From an uncultured Clostridia bacterium (GTDB lineage Bacteria > Bacillota > Clostridia > Oscillospirales > Acutalibacteraceae), in the NCBI GenBank assembly GCA_947165115.1, contig CAMUZD010000001.1, positions 1 to 34,789 on the forward strand: a stretch of 34,789 nucleotides of DNA, given 5' to 3'. A program made the position numbers and the translations under genes. Shown one piece after another: positions 1 through 9,200 of the stretch; within the stretch, counting starts at the first letter, position 1, and every line of letters starts with the position of its first letter. The notes beneath the pieces were generated by a model. It was not told the DNA's origin and did not search any database. It worked only from the letters and a program-made list of their open reading frames with translations.

Positions 1-340
1 ACTGACTATATTTGTCTGCTTCTTCCTTTGTTTCCTGAAAAAAACTATCTTTTGCAAGCTCGTTTTTTGTCACTTTAAACATACCATTTTCAAGACATAA
101 AATATTCATCTTTTTTGAGGCTGACTTAATAACTGCTTCTGGAATCTGAAAACTGAAGTTATTGTTAAGCAAATGCTTCATTTCAGCGCTTGAAAAAGAG
201 TGCAAATGTTCCGTCTCAACTATATACCTAATAAATTCTTGAAGCAGTTGATAAGGACTTTGGTATTTTTTCTCATCTGAAAGTCCCTTTAGTGTTGCGA
301 AAGAAGCCAGCAAGGATGTGGTTGTGGGTTGCTGTTGCAT
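1..340 (-). CDS. Hypothetical protein, 5' part only (runs off the left edge)
   Basis: Absent from the ORF track. Manual translation from ATG 340 (GGAG SD 9 nt upstream; in-frame ATG also at 349) gives MQQQPTTTSLLASFATLKGLSDEKKYQSPYQLLQEFIRYIVETEHLHSF..., open to the window edge. Confidence 0.75.
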   Translation of the reverse strand, partial: MQQQPTTTSLLASFATLKGLSDEKKYQSPYQLLQEFIRYIVETEHLHSFSSAEMKHLLNNNFSFQIPEAVIKSASKKMNILCLENGMFKVTKNELAKDSFFQETKEEADKYSQ

Positions 341-458
341 TTTAATCATCTCCGATAAAATAATTTCAATGTTGGGTAATAATGTTTGTTAACACAAGGT
401 TCTATTATCATAATGTGTAAAAGCTCTCGTATCTTCAAAAATAACCAAAGGCTATTTG

Positions 459-1217
459 TTAACTTAAATTGTCTATATAATCTTCAAAATGATTGCGAAG
501 ATCAGTTACATCTTTTTCTTCAACGCGTTTGCCGATTTCATCAACACAATGAATACAAAATGACAAGGCTTTAAGCAGAGCCCCTTTGCTTACATATTTG
601 TAAAACTCTAATAATTCTTCTCTATCTGAATCTTTATACTCAATTATTCTGTTTGTTCTAATTGCATAATCAACCAACTTGAAATGATATAATGCTTCAT
701 AATAGTATAAATAGGTTTTTTCACCAATCAATTTCCCAGGTGTAATTGGATTTAACAATATTTTTTCGGCTTCTATATTTGTTGTTTTATTAGAACAATT
801 CATATTTGTCATTTCAGATTCGTATGCTTTTTCAAACAAACTTGCACCATAATAAAGTTCCGGAAGGATTTGCGCATAAAAAATAGAAGCTAGTTTATTT
901 CTTCTCTCATCGTTTTTCTTGTTGTCTACCTTTTTTCTAAGTAGAACTAATACTTTAATAACCAAAAACGCAATAATTGAGGAAGAAAAAAACAATAATA
1001 CAAGCAAAACAATTTTAAACATAAGCGAACATATGCCAACGCTTTTTATTAATCTATCCTCTGTTGCAACTGTAATTATTGTTGAAATAAATGGTGGGAC
1101 AATCAGTTCTATAATTTTTTCTGTGTAGTATTCATTTGTCGTATTGATTTCATCAAGTTTTGATTCAATAGAAAACAAATTCTTTTCTACAATTTGCATT
1201 ATTTTATATATTTTCAT
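459..1217 (-). CDS. Hypothetical membrane protein (about 2 N-terminal hydrophobic segments plus a soluble C-terminal domain)
   Basis: 252-aa ORF; hydrophobic stretches IIELIVPPFISTIITVA and IVLLVLLFFSSSIIAFLVIKVLVLL; GGATGG upstream; 14 bp after the upstream gene. Confidence 0.75.
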   Translation of the reverse strand: MKIYKIMQIVEKNLFSIESKLDEINTTNEYYTEKIIELIVPPFISTIITVATEDRLIKSVGICSLMFKIVLLVLLFFSSSIIAFLVIKVLVLLRKKVDNKKNDERRNKLASIFYAQILPELYYGASLFEKAYESEMTNMNCSNKTTNIEAEKILLNPITPGKLIGEKTYLYYYEALYHFKLVDYAIRTNRIIEYKDSDREELLEFYKYVSKGALLKALSFCIHCVDEIGKRVEEKDVTDLRNHFEDYIDNLS

Positions 1218-1231
1218 TTTTAACCATCCAA

Positions 1232-1849
1232 TTAATTACAATAATTAGGGAAAGAATAATCTCTTATTAAGCTTTCCATTTCAGTTATTATTACTTTTAA
1301 AGCTTCCATCTTGTTACTGATTTTAACACTTGCTCCCACTTTGTCTTGTATAATGTTCGAAATAATATGCTTTTGAAACCCAAAGAGATGTCTAACACAA
1401 TCGTTAATAATTATGTGGTTTCTTCGCATGTTTATTAAATCTACGCAGTTCTCATTTATTGTTTCTAGAAAAGCGATTTTTCCTTCAGAGCTTTCATTCA
1501 ATTCTTGCAATAAAACTCGACAAAAATCAACCATATTTGTGTCTGTAAAATAGCTATATCCCCTTTTCTTAAAAAAATATTTAAAACACTTGTTCTTATT
1601 AAGTTTTATAGAGTATTGTTGTCGGAATCTTTCTCTGATATGATTAAGTCCTTTGTTGTATAAAAATATTTGTATATCATCCGTGTTTATTATATCTTTT
1701 ATCGCATCAACTTTTTTATCGTCTGGTATCTTTTTCCTTTCAAAAGTATCAATAGCACCAACAATCAGTGTTGCCCAGAAAAAACCGTTTTTACTTTCAA
1801 GTTTTCTTTCTGCTGCCGTACTCTTAAAAAATCTATAGTTTTTTCTCAT
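1232..1849 (-). CDS. Hypothetical protein
   Basis: 205-aa ORF with AAAGGAG SD upstream; very AT-rich; no family recognised. Confidence 0.7.
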   Translation of the reverse strand: MRKNYRFFKSTAAERKLESKNGFFWATLIVGAIDTFERKKIPDDKKVDAIKDIINTDDIQIFLYNKGLNHIRERFRQQYSIKLNKNKCFKYFFKKRGYSYFTDTNMVDFCRVLLQELNESSEGKIAFLETINENCVDLINMRRNHIIINDCVRHLFGFQKHIISNIIQDKVGASVKISNKMEALKVIITEMESLIRDYSFPNYCN

Positions 1850-2015
1850 ATTTCTATAAGCATCTCCTTTTTTAGAAAAAAATAATTATTCCTCTTAAAT
1901 TGAATAGGCATTTTCAAATAGCAATTATACGCATGAGTTTATTAAAGCTCGTGTTTAATTTATTGCTTTATTACTTATGCGTTTGCTAATGATATCATCC
2001 ACATTTTTTCGATTA

Positions 2016-2564
2016 TTATTCAAAATGAAATGTTATTTGTTCTAACGCTATATCTGCTTCGTCCTGCATAATCTCTTTTTCGTTTGTAACTAATGATATC
2101 AAAAATGCCTTATCTCCTTGATCAACAAAATATCCATATGCCTGTATAGACATAAAAGATAGTTTTACTCGTTGCATTTCGTAGTTTCCGATAGTAACCG
2201 CTTCCGGTTCCGATACTTCAGCACCAATCTGTCTGTATCCTTCAAGTGTTTCAGATAGATAATTTTCAAAACTATCACCGGTATATTTATGCTCTTCAAT
2301 TGAGATATCAAAAGTGATATTTTCATTCTCAATTCGCAATGAATTACCATTTTCTGTTAATGAATACTCTTCCGGAATATGCATTTCAAATGAATCGGAA
2401 GAAACATCCTGTCCCTCAATTATATATGGCGATTTTTCTGTAGTACTTTCGCTTTCCTGTTCATATCCATAAAAAATATCATCTTTTTCGTTGCCAGATT
2501 TGCCGCATGAACTGAGCATCAGTGTTAAAACTAAGATAATTAAAAGCATTTTTATGATTTTCAT
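2016..2564 (-). CDS. Lipoprotein, possibly PsbP/DcrB-like fold
   Basis: Lipoprotein signal MKIIKMLLIILVLTLMLSS-C (lipobox LSSC); GGGAG SD. The fold guess rests only on the FEMHIPEEY pattern and a beta-rich C-terminus. Confidence 0.75.
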   Translation of the reverse strand: MKIIKMLLIILVLTLMLSSCGKSGNEKDDIFYGYEQESESTTEKSPYIIEGQDVSSDSFEMHIPEEYSLTENGNSLRIENENITFDISIEEHKYTGDSFENYLSETLEGYRQIGAEVSEPEAVTIGNYEMQRVKLSFMSIQAYGYFVDQGDKAFLISLVTNEKEIMQDEADIALEQITFHFE

Positions 2565-2590
2565 TTTTCAATCTCCCGTTTATTTAGAGG

Positions 2591-2624
2591 AACGCCGAGC
2601 AAAAAGTGTTTCTAACTCGGCGTT
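2591..2624. other. Intergenic stem-loop between the S8 protease and lipoprotein genes
   Basis: AACGCCGAG (2591-2599) pairs with CTCGGCGTT (2616-2624). A T-run follows only on the + strand, not in the direction of transcription. Confidence 0.6.
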
Positions 2625-2635
2625 TCTTTTGTTTT

Positions 2636-5600
2636 TTACTGCTCTATTATTGGCAGCTTTCCAAACAGCATTCTGAAAAACGCGATTATCTTTGAGAAGA
2701 AATCGGTTTTGACTTTGATAAGTTCGGTTTCGGAAGAACTAATAATCTTGCCGGAGACATCTATTACTTTTGCTTGAACACTAAATGCATCTGTTGCCTT
2801 ATCTACGGTGAATCGTTCACCTTCGCCGGCCTTTTCTCCGTCAATATACCAATAAATGGTCGCATTATCCGGCATATCTTTTGTTATCGCAGTAAATGTA
2901 ATCGTTGCTTTGTAATCAACTGTGCGGGAATTCACATAATTATTGATTCCTATTGATGGTATGGCCAGGCCGTTCTCTTCAAATACCGCGTGGAAGTTTA
3001 AATCATGTGTGGGCATCGTTTCAGGTATTTCCGGAGTCCAGCCTTTAAAAGAATATCCGTTCTTATATGGTTCATCCGGCTTGGTAATTGCTTCACCATA
3101 TTTTAATGAATATTCATATTTGTATTGCTCATCAGCAAAAAAAGTTACAGTAAAGGTTTTAAATTGAAGATTATCAATCGCACTACTTATTGCTTCAACA
3201 TATCCGTCTACTGTTGCCTGATTTGAAACATCAAGATTTCTGTCTATACTATCAATAACATTGTTCAATGCTTCGACAGACTCATCTGTATATATACTCA
3301 AATCTTCGGGAATTGTTGAAAGAATCTCATCAAAACCTGTATAATCGGCAGCATTAGGAATACCTCCCGCATAATTCACATAACGAGAGGACCCTGTTTT
3401 TATTTCAATTGGTGCAAAACCGACATCTTTACTTGTAACTATACAGTAATAATACGGATATTGTTTGTTTCCTTTCGGAACAAATTCCCTTTCATTTGCG
3501 CCTTCAATAGGGACTCCGCCTGTGTTTTTGTCTGAATATGAGCCATACCATTGATATGTTCGGTTAAAGCCCACAACATCGGCATAGAGATATCTCATAT
3601 AGTCATAGAATTCATCAGGCAAGTCTGTAATAACCGCCGATTCAGGCGTTATTTCTATAAACTCGAATCCGTTTTTGCTTGCCCATTGTTCAGCGTATGT
3701 TCCTTTATTCCCGTAAACTGTTACTATACTCCGCTTACTGTTTAAATCTGTGCCTGGATAAAAGTTGCTTATTTTATTAAGCGTTGCGGGTAAAACTAAA
3801 TCAAGATATTTATTCTCCGAACCGTTTCTTGTCACGCCTGAAACTGTCATTAGACTATCATCGATTTCCTTGGTAACAGATAATTCCAGACGTTTAAGGA
3901 TTAGGCTTTGCAATGAGCCTTTACCAAATTTTGTTACATTTGGCAAATCTAAAACATAAGAATGTACACCACAAAACTGTTCGCCATTTCCTTCAATTCC
4001 TTGCTCATTGTTTAAATGATGTAATTTAGAAAGATTGATTTCTTGCGCGCGAATTCCGGTGAAAGTGCCAAACCCTATATATTCAAGCGAAGGCATATCT
4101 ATCGTTCGCAGAGATACACAATTTCTAAAAGCATTGTCCCCAGCTTCATTGCATAGTGGAAAACTAATGCCGCCAAGGGAATAACAGTCGGAAAAGGCGC
4201 TTTCGCCTATTCGTTTGATGTTGGGCATATCTACAAGACTTAAAGAGTAACAATCCTTAAAGCAACTTGATCCTAAGCTTTCAACGGACGGAGCATCAAT
4301 AATAGTAAGATAAGGATTACAAGAAAAAATATCGTTCTTCAGATTTGTTAAATATGATAACGGCCTGATTGTAATACCATAAATTTCAGCATCGGCGAAG
4401 GCATTTGGCGCAATATCATAAACTGTTTTTTCCCATCTTGGGTCATCATCATCTAATACGCAATTCTCTGGTGGCAAATCATATACCATTAGTTCAGGTA
4501 TTATAATGTCGTGTGCACTACCATGGTATGATGTTATTGTTCCATTTGAAAAATCAAACATATCGGGGGTACCAATGGTTTGTACTCTATAGATTCCTCT
4601 AGAACAGTCGCTTTTTAGATAACCATCCTTATATGCAACTGCCCTCAAAACAGGAATGTTGTCTGGCATTTCAATAGGGCCTGTATATAAAATGCCTTCC
4701 TCCTTTGAAGGATATCTCTGGTCAAGTGTATAGTAGATTTCAGTTCCCGGATCTGCTGTAATCTCTACGAATAACTCATTAAGATATTTCCCAGGTTCTT
4801 TATCATATATCGGCGTGTGTAATCGTTCTGTTCCTACAGCATCGATTATATCGATTACACCATATCCAAAAATACTACAGTCATATGACAAAAGCGTCTG
4901 CTTAGCGGTACTTTCAATTCTTCTTTCAATTTCTTTATTTGACATTTCCGGATATATGGTCATCATCTGTGCAAAAGCAGAAGAAACAAACGGTGCAGAA
5001 AGGGAAGTTCCATCACCTATTATAACAGTGCCATTTTTTGATAAATATGGGATGTTTTCCCCTGGAGCCATAAGATCCAGAGTAGAGCCAAATCTACACC
5101 AAGTTGCCGGATAATCGTTATTTGAGCATGCAGCAACTGATACTGTACCTTCATGCGCTGCAGGAAGCCCTATGTCTGTGTATTCTAAGTTGTTGGACCA
5201 ATTTCCGCTTGAAGCAACAACGACTACATCCTTATCTATTGCATAATCAATTGCATCGTGTAATATTGAAGAATTATTCGCCTGAAAACTACAATTAATT
5301 ATATCCACTTCATCATTAGCCGCTTGAATCATTGCTAATGCAAGCGATGTTATACTTGTGACTTCTCCTGCAGCTCTATACATAGCTACTTTAATATTGT
5401 TTGGCGTGCAATCAATAATTGTTGCAGCCGTTCCTGTTCCGTGATCTTCAATATCCATCTCATCATTAAGTTCTCCGACAGACAGAAAATTAGTGTATGT
5501 TCTTATCAATCGATTACTAAAAAATCCAAGGTTATAGTTGATTCCTGAGTCAATCATTCCAACAACTATTTCTTTTGGATTCTTAATGATACTCTTAATA

Positions 5601-6190
5601 TGATCTTTCATATCATAAAGACCTGTAGACACTCCGCCCCAGGAGTTTAATGCTACTTTTTCCCCATTAGCCTTTTTGATATTACCGTACGCATTAGCTT
5701 CACCGTCTAATAAAGTGTTCTCTATTATATCCGGATATACTTCAATAATACTTGTTTGAGATGCATAATGAGTGTAAGCGAATTTAGTATCTTCTTCATC
5801 TCTAAATTGAATAATATACCAATCCTTGAAACCATTTGCCATTCCTGTAGAATTGAGTTTGTCTGGCGTTTTTGAGGCTTTGATAATCAAGCGGCAAGTT
5901 TGAAAAGCGGTATCGGAAAATGGAACTTCATTATCCCAACTAGAGTTTTCACGAGATTCTTTTTTGATCGAATTATCTTCATTGCTACTAGATTTCTTTT
6001 TAGTTGTTTCCGCAACATAGTCATTGTTACGATCGTGTTCTTGAATTATCTGTACAGCATTATGTATAAACGATTTTATCTCTGCATCTTCGTTCTCAAC
6101 ATTCTCAATTGCGTATATACTGTTTATGCCAAATGAGATTTGAGATATAAGAATTACAGCAAAAGCAATAAATGATACTATCCTTTTCAT
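2636..6190 (-). CDS. Secreted multidomain S8 (subtilisin-family) serine protease with Fn3-associated/CHB_HEX_C-like domain, BspA-type LRRs, FIVAR-like helix, InlB B-repeat and a C-terminal Ig-like domain with amphipathic tail
   Basis: Signal peptide; catalytic motifs MIDSGI (Asp), DHGTGTA (His), SSGN (oxyanion Asn), GTSLSAPFVS (Ser); EIYYTLD...YTGPI; IGESAFSDCYSL-type repeats; DLSIYTDESVEAL; P.KNGYSFKGW; tail KTDFFSKIIAFFRMLFGKLPIIEQ. Confidence 0.92.
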   Translation of the reverse strand: MKRIVSFIAFAVILISQISFGINSIYAIENVENEDAEIKSFIHNAVQIIQEHDRNNDYVAETTKKKSSSNEDNSIKKESRENSSWDNEVPFSDTAFQTCRLIIKASKTPDKLNSTGMANGFKDWYIIQFRDEEDTKFAYTHYASQTSIIEVYPDIIENTLLDGEANAYGNIKKANGEKVALNSWGGVSTGLYDMKDHIKSIIKNPKEIVVGMIDSGINYNLGFFSNRLIRTYTNFLSVGELNDEMDIEDHGTGTAATIIDCTPNNIKVAMYRAAGEVTSITSLALAMIQAANDEVDIINCSFQANNSSILHDAIDYAIDKDVVVVASSGNWSNNLEYTDIGLPAAHEGTVSVAACSNNDYPATWCRFGSTLDLMAPGENIPYLSKNGTVIIGDGTSLSAPFVSSAFAQMMTIYPEMSNKEIERRIESTAKQTLLSYDCSIFGYGVIDIIDAVGTERLHTPIYDKEPGKYLNELFVEITADPGTEIYYTLDQRYPSKEEGILYTGPIEMPDNIPVLRAVAYKDGYLKSDCSRGIYRVQTIGTPDMFDFSNGTITSYHGSAHDIIIPELMVYDLPPENCVLDDDDPRWEKTVYDIAPNAFADAEIYGITIRPLSYLTNLKNDIFSCNPYLTIIDAPSVESLGSSCFKDCYSLSLVDMPNIKRIGESAFSDCYSLGGISFPLCNEAGDNAFRNCVSLRTIDMPSLEYIGFGTFTGIRAQEINLSKLHHLNNEQGIEGNGEQFCGVHSYVLDLPNVTKFGKGSLQSLILKRLELSVTKEIDDSLMTVSGVTRNGSENKYLDLVLPATLNKISNFYPGTDLNSKRSIVTVYGNKGTYAEQWASKNGFEFIEITPESAVITDLPDEFYDYMRYLYADVVGFNRTYQWYGSYSDKNTGGVPIEGANEREFVPKGNKQYPYYYCIVTSKDVGFAPIEIKTGSSRYVNYAGGIPNAADYTGFDEILSTIPEDLSIYTDESVEALNNVIDSIDRNLDVSNQATVDGYVEAISSAIDNLQFKTFTVTFFADEQYKYEYSLKYGEAITKPDEPYKNGYSFKGWTPEIPETMPTHDLNFHAVFEENGLAIPSIGINNYVNSRTVDYKATITFTAITKDMPDNATIYWYIDGEKAGEGERFTVDKATDAFSVQAKVIDVSGKIISSSETELIKVKTDFFSKIIAFFRMLFGKLPIIEQ

Positions 6191-6227
6191 ATTTCAGTTC
6201 CTTTAGATAAAAAGTATGACAAACGGG

Positions 6228-6262
6228 CTTAAGCCAAGCGACAATGCACCGCTTGGCTTAAG
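6228..6262. other. Perfect 13-bp intergenic stem-loop between Rhs1 and the S8 protease
   Basis: CTTAAGCCAAGCG (6228-6240), 9-nt loop, CGCTTGGCTTAAG (6250-6262); no U-tract in the minus (sense) direction. Confidence 0.7.
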
Positions 6263-6270
6263 GTTAATAA

Positions 6271-9200
6271 TTAGAGTGAAATAAATATTCCCTCTTTTAG
6301 CGCATATATTCTTATTTCAGGAGCAGCTTTCCATATCTTTAGGTATTTATCAGCATTCGGGTCACTTTTTCTAACTTTGACAATGTTGCTTTTCTGATTA
6401 TTTAATATCCATCCGTCTCCCCAACAAGCATTTACTTTATTGACTGCAGCAGTTGCTGTTTTTCCAACATAATGTGCAAACAAATCAGAGGAAACTCTTA
6501 ATGCATTCATTTCATTAATATTATATCCAAGTTCAGGTGACCATGTGCCATACTTCTTAATTATTTGATTTGCAACAAGCATACACATTGATCTGGAAGC
6601 AAACATTTCATCCATTTTAATATCAAAGCCGTTTGCCTGCCATTCAACGCCCGAATAATCTCTTGACCATAAAGCAACAGTATCGGGTATATTAACAGTA
6701 TTATTGTTACAGAATAAATATAGATTTACGTCTAATGGATTATCTGAACGTTCAGTCAGTTTTTCCGGCGATTCCGGAGAAACATATCTACCCCAAGATG
6801 AAGAATAACATCTTCCTTGGTTATAGTATAAACCGCTCTCATAATCATAAAGATAACCGTGGTATAAAGAAGGACTATGCATTAATGTTAAAAGCGTAAC
6901 AATCTGCTGTATCCAGTTCCCGGAAAGTGTAACCATCGGAGATCCCCATGCATCATATTGTATTGAGCATGTATCAGTCCCATCTGTATATACCAATGAC
7001 AGAACGCTTTCATTAATATCTTTCTTGAAAAGGTATGGAACACCATCATAAGATATATATCCAGCTGGTGCGCCTTCTTGATCATAAATAATCATAGCAG
7101 ACTGAGTGTTATACCTTTGTCCTATTGAGTCAACGGATGAGTAAAGAATACCGGAAAGAACACCATTATTCCAAACATAATCAATGATAGATGTCTTATT
7201 ATATGTATATGTATCATTTCCGCTTGCAGTTTTAGTGTAAATTGATTTTGATGTTCGATAACCATTCGCATCATAACTGTATTCATATCTATTGCTGTCA
7301 GTTTCAAAAGACACTAATCGGTTTCCGTTCCACTCTAAATCTCCCTTTATAATCCTTTGAGCACTTTTAATACTAATAGCATTATAATTAACTAAATCAA
7401 GTGTTTTATCTCCCACATAATTCAACGGGTTTCCCATCTTGTCATATGAAATGGTTTCATAGACTGAATCGTCAACATTGTCATCAGTAAAACCAGTATC
7501 AGAATAGCTTACTACACGATCCTTCCAAACCAAATCATATTGATAAGTTACTCGTCTTATTTCAGAACCAATAGAAATGATTTGTCTTGTAGTCATATTA
7601 AACAAATTGTTTGGAAAATCATAATATACTTTTGCGGTAAGGTTTCCTCCTGTATTATATGTATAATGAATAAGAAAATGATTATAAAAATCAATTTCGG
7701 TTATTATTTGATTTGCATTATCATACTCATAATACTGATTGGGGGCGATATTGTTTCCGTTTTCCTCATAAACAAATGCAATATTCCCTCGATTATCATA
7801 CTCAAACTTTCTGTTGAGACTCTGGCAGTTGGTAATTGTTGAATTCTGATTCTCTTTATAGAAAGTTTGTGTATATTCCGAAACCAATCCGCTTGTTCTC
7901 CCATTACCCAAATCAACATATTCATAATTTACTTCAGAAACTAGATTCCCGGGATTATTATCTCTTTGGTAGTTTGAAGCAACTGTCTTGCTTTCTATTC
8001 TGTTAAAATAATCTCTAACGCTTTCTTTTTCATATTCATAGTATCCATGGTAATAATTTGTAGAGTTAGCAAAATATCTCGTATTTTTAACGATATTTGT
8101 AGTTGACTGAATTGATCTCGTCCCATCGGGATTATTAGTGACATTTGTAACGGATGTTGCGACCGTATCAAATGATGTGTTTTCAGAATCGGAATAAGCC
8201 CTTTGCCCGTATTCTTCGTCAACAGTTCCATCTGAATTGCTCGTTTTTTCATATAACACATCATAATCAGATAACTCATAAGAATCTAAATCGGAGCTAA
8301 TATATGAGATCGTAAGTCCCGATTGAGTATCATATACACTATTTAGCACATTGTCTTCATCATATGTATAAACATACGATTTAATAAGTGTTTCGTTTTG
8401 TCCATCAACCGAGTAGCAACTGATTGTTTTCGTGGTATTGCTTTGATTGGTTCCGTTTAAATATTTGATTCTGTAACCATTGCTATAATCGATAACACTT
8501 AAATCACCGTTTGAATATGTATAATCCATACAATATTCATCATTATTTCCATTAAGCAATGCATCACTGTCAGAATATGTTTCCGCTAAAGTGCCATCGG
8601 GATTATACTCAAAGACATGTATAACCCCATTATGCTGGACTTCTTCTACTCTGCCTGAAGTATTATAGTATTCAACATCAAGCGTAACATTGGCGTTTGT
8701 TTCAACATTCTGAATAATCTGCTCCGATCTTTTTAATAACGAAGACGCATCATATTGCAAACTCTTCACATCGCTGATAACATTGTTGCTGAGTGTGTGT
8801 CCTATACCCGATAATTCTCCTGTTCTGGAATTGTATTTGTAATAAGTTGAATTACCGTTATAATCAATATATTCTTGTAATTTTCTATTATTATATGAAT
8901 ATGAGGCGGACATATATAAATCGTTATCGTTTTCCCTATCCCAGGTGACTGTCTCTTCGGTAACAAGTCCATTGCTGTAAACATATTCCATTGGATTGGA
9001 AATTAGCATACCATCCAAGTCCGAATCTGATTTCACAGATTCAAACATTGTTAAGTCATCAAAATAAACGGCTCCACGTTGATTGTTATATAGGAGTTTC
9101 AATCTAACAACTGACTCTTCGTCTAACTTAAACCCCTGCAATCTGTACTGCCACGAATTATGGATTGTGTTGTCAAATCTAATAAAACTGATTTCAGTAT

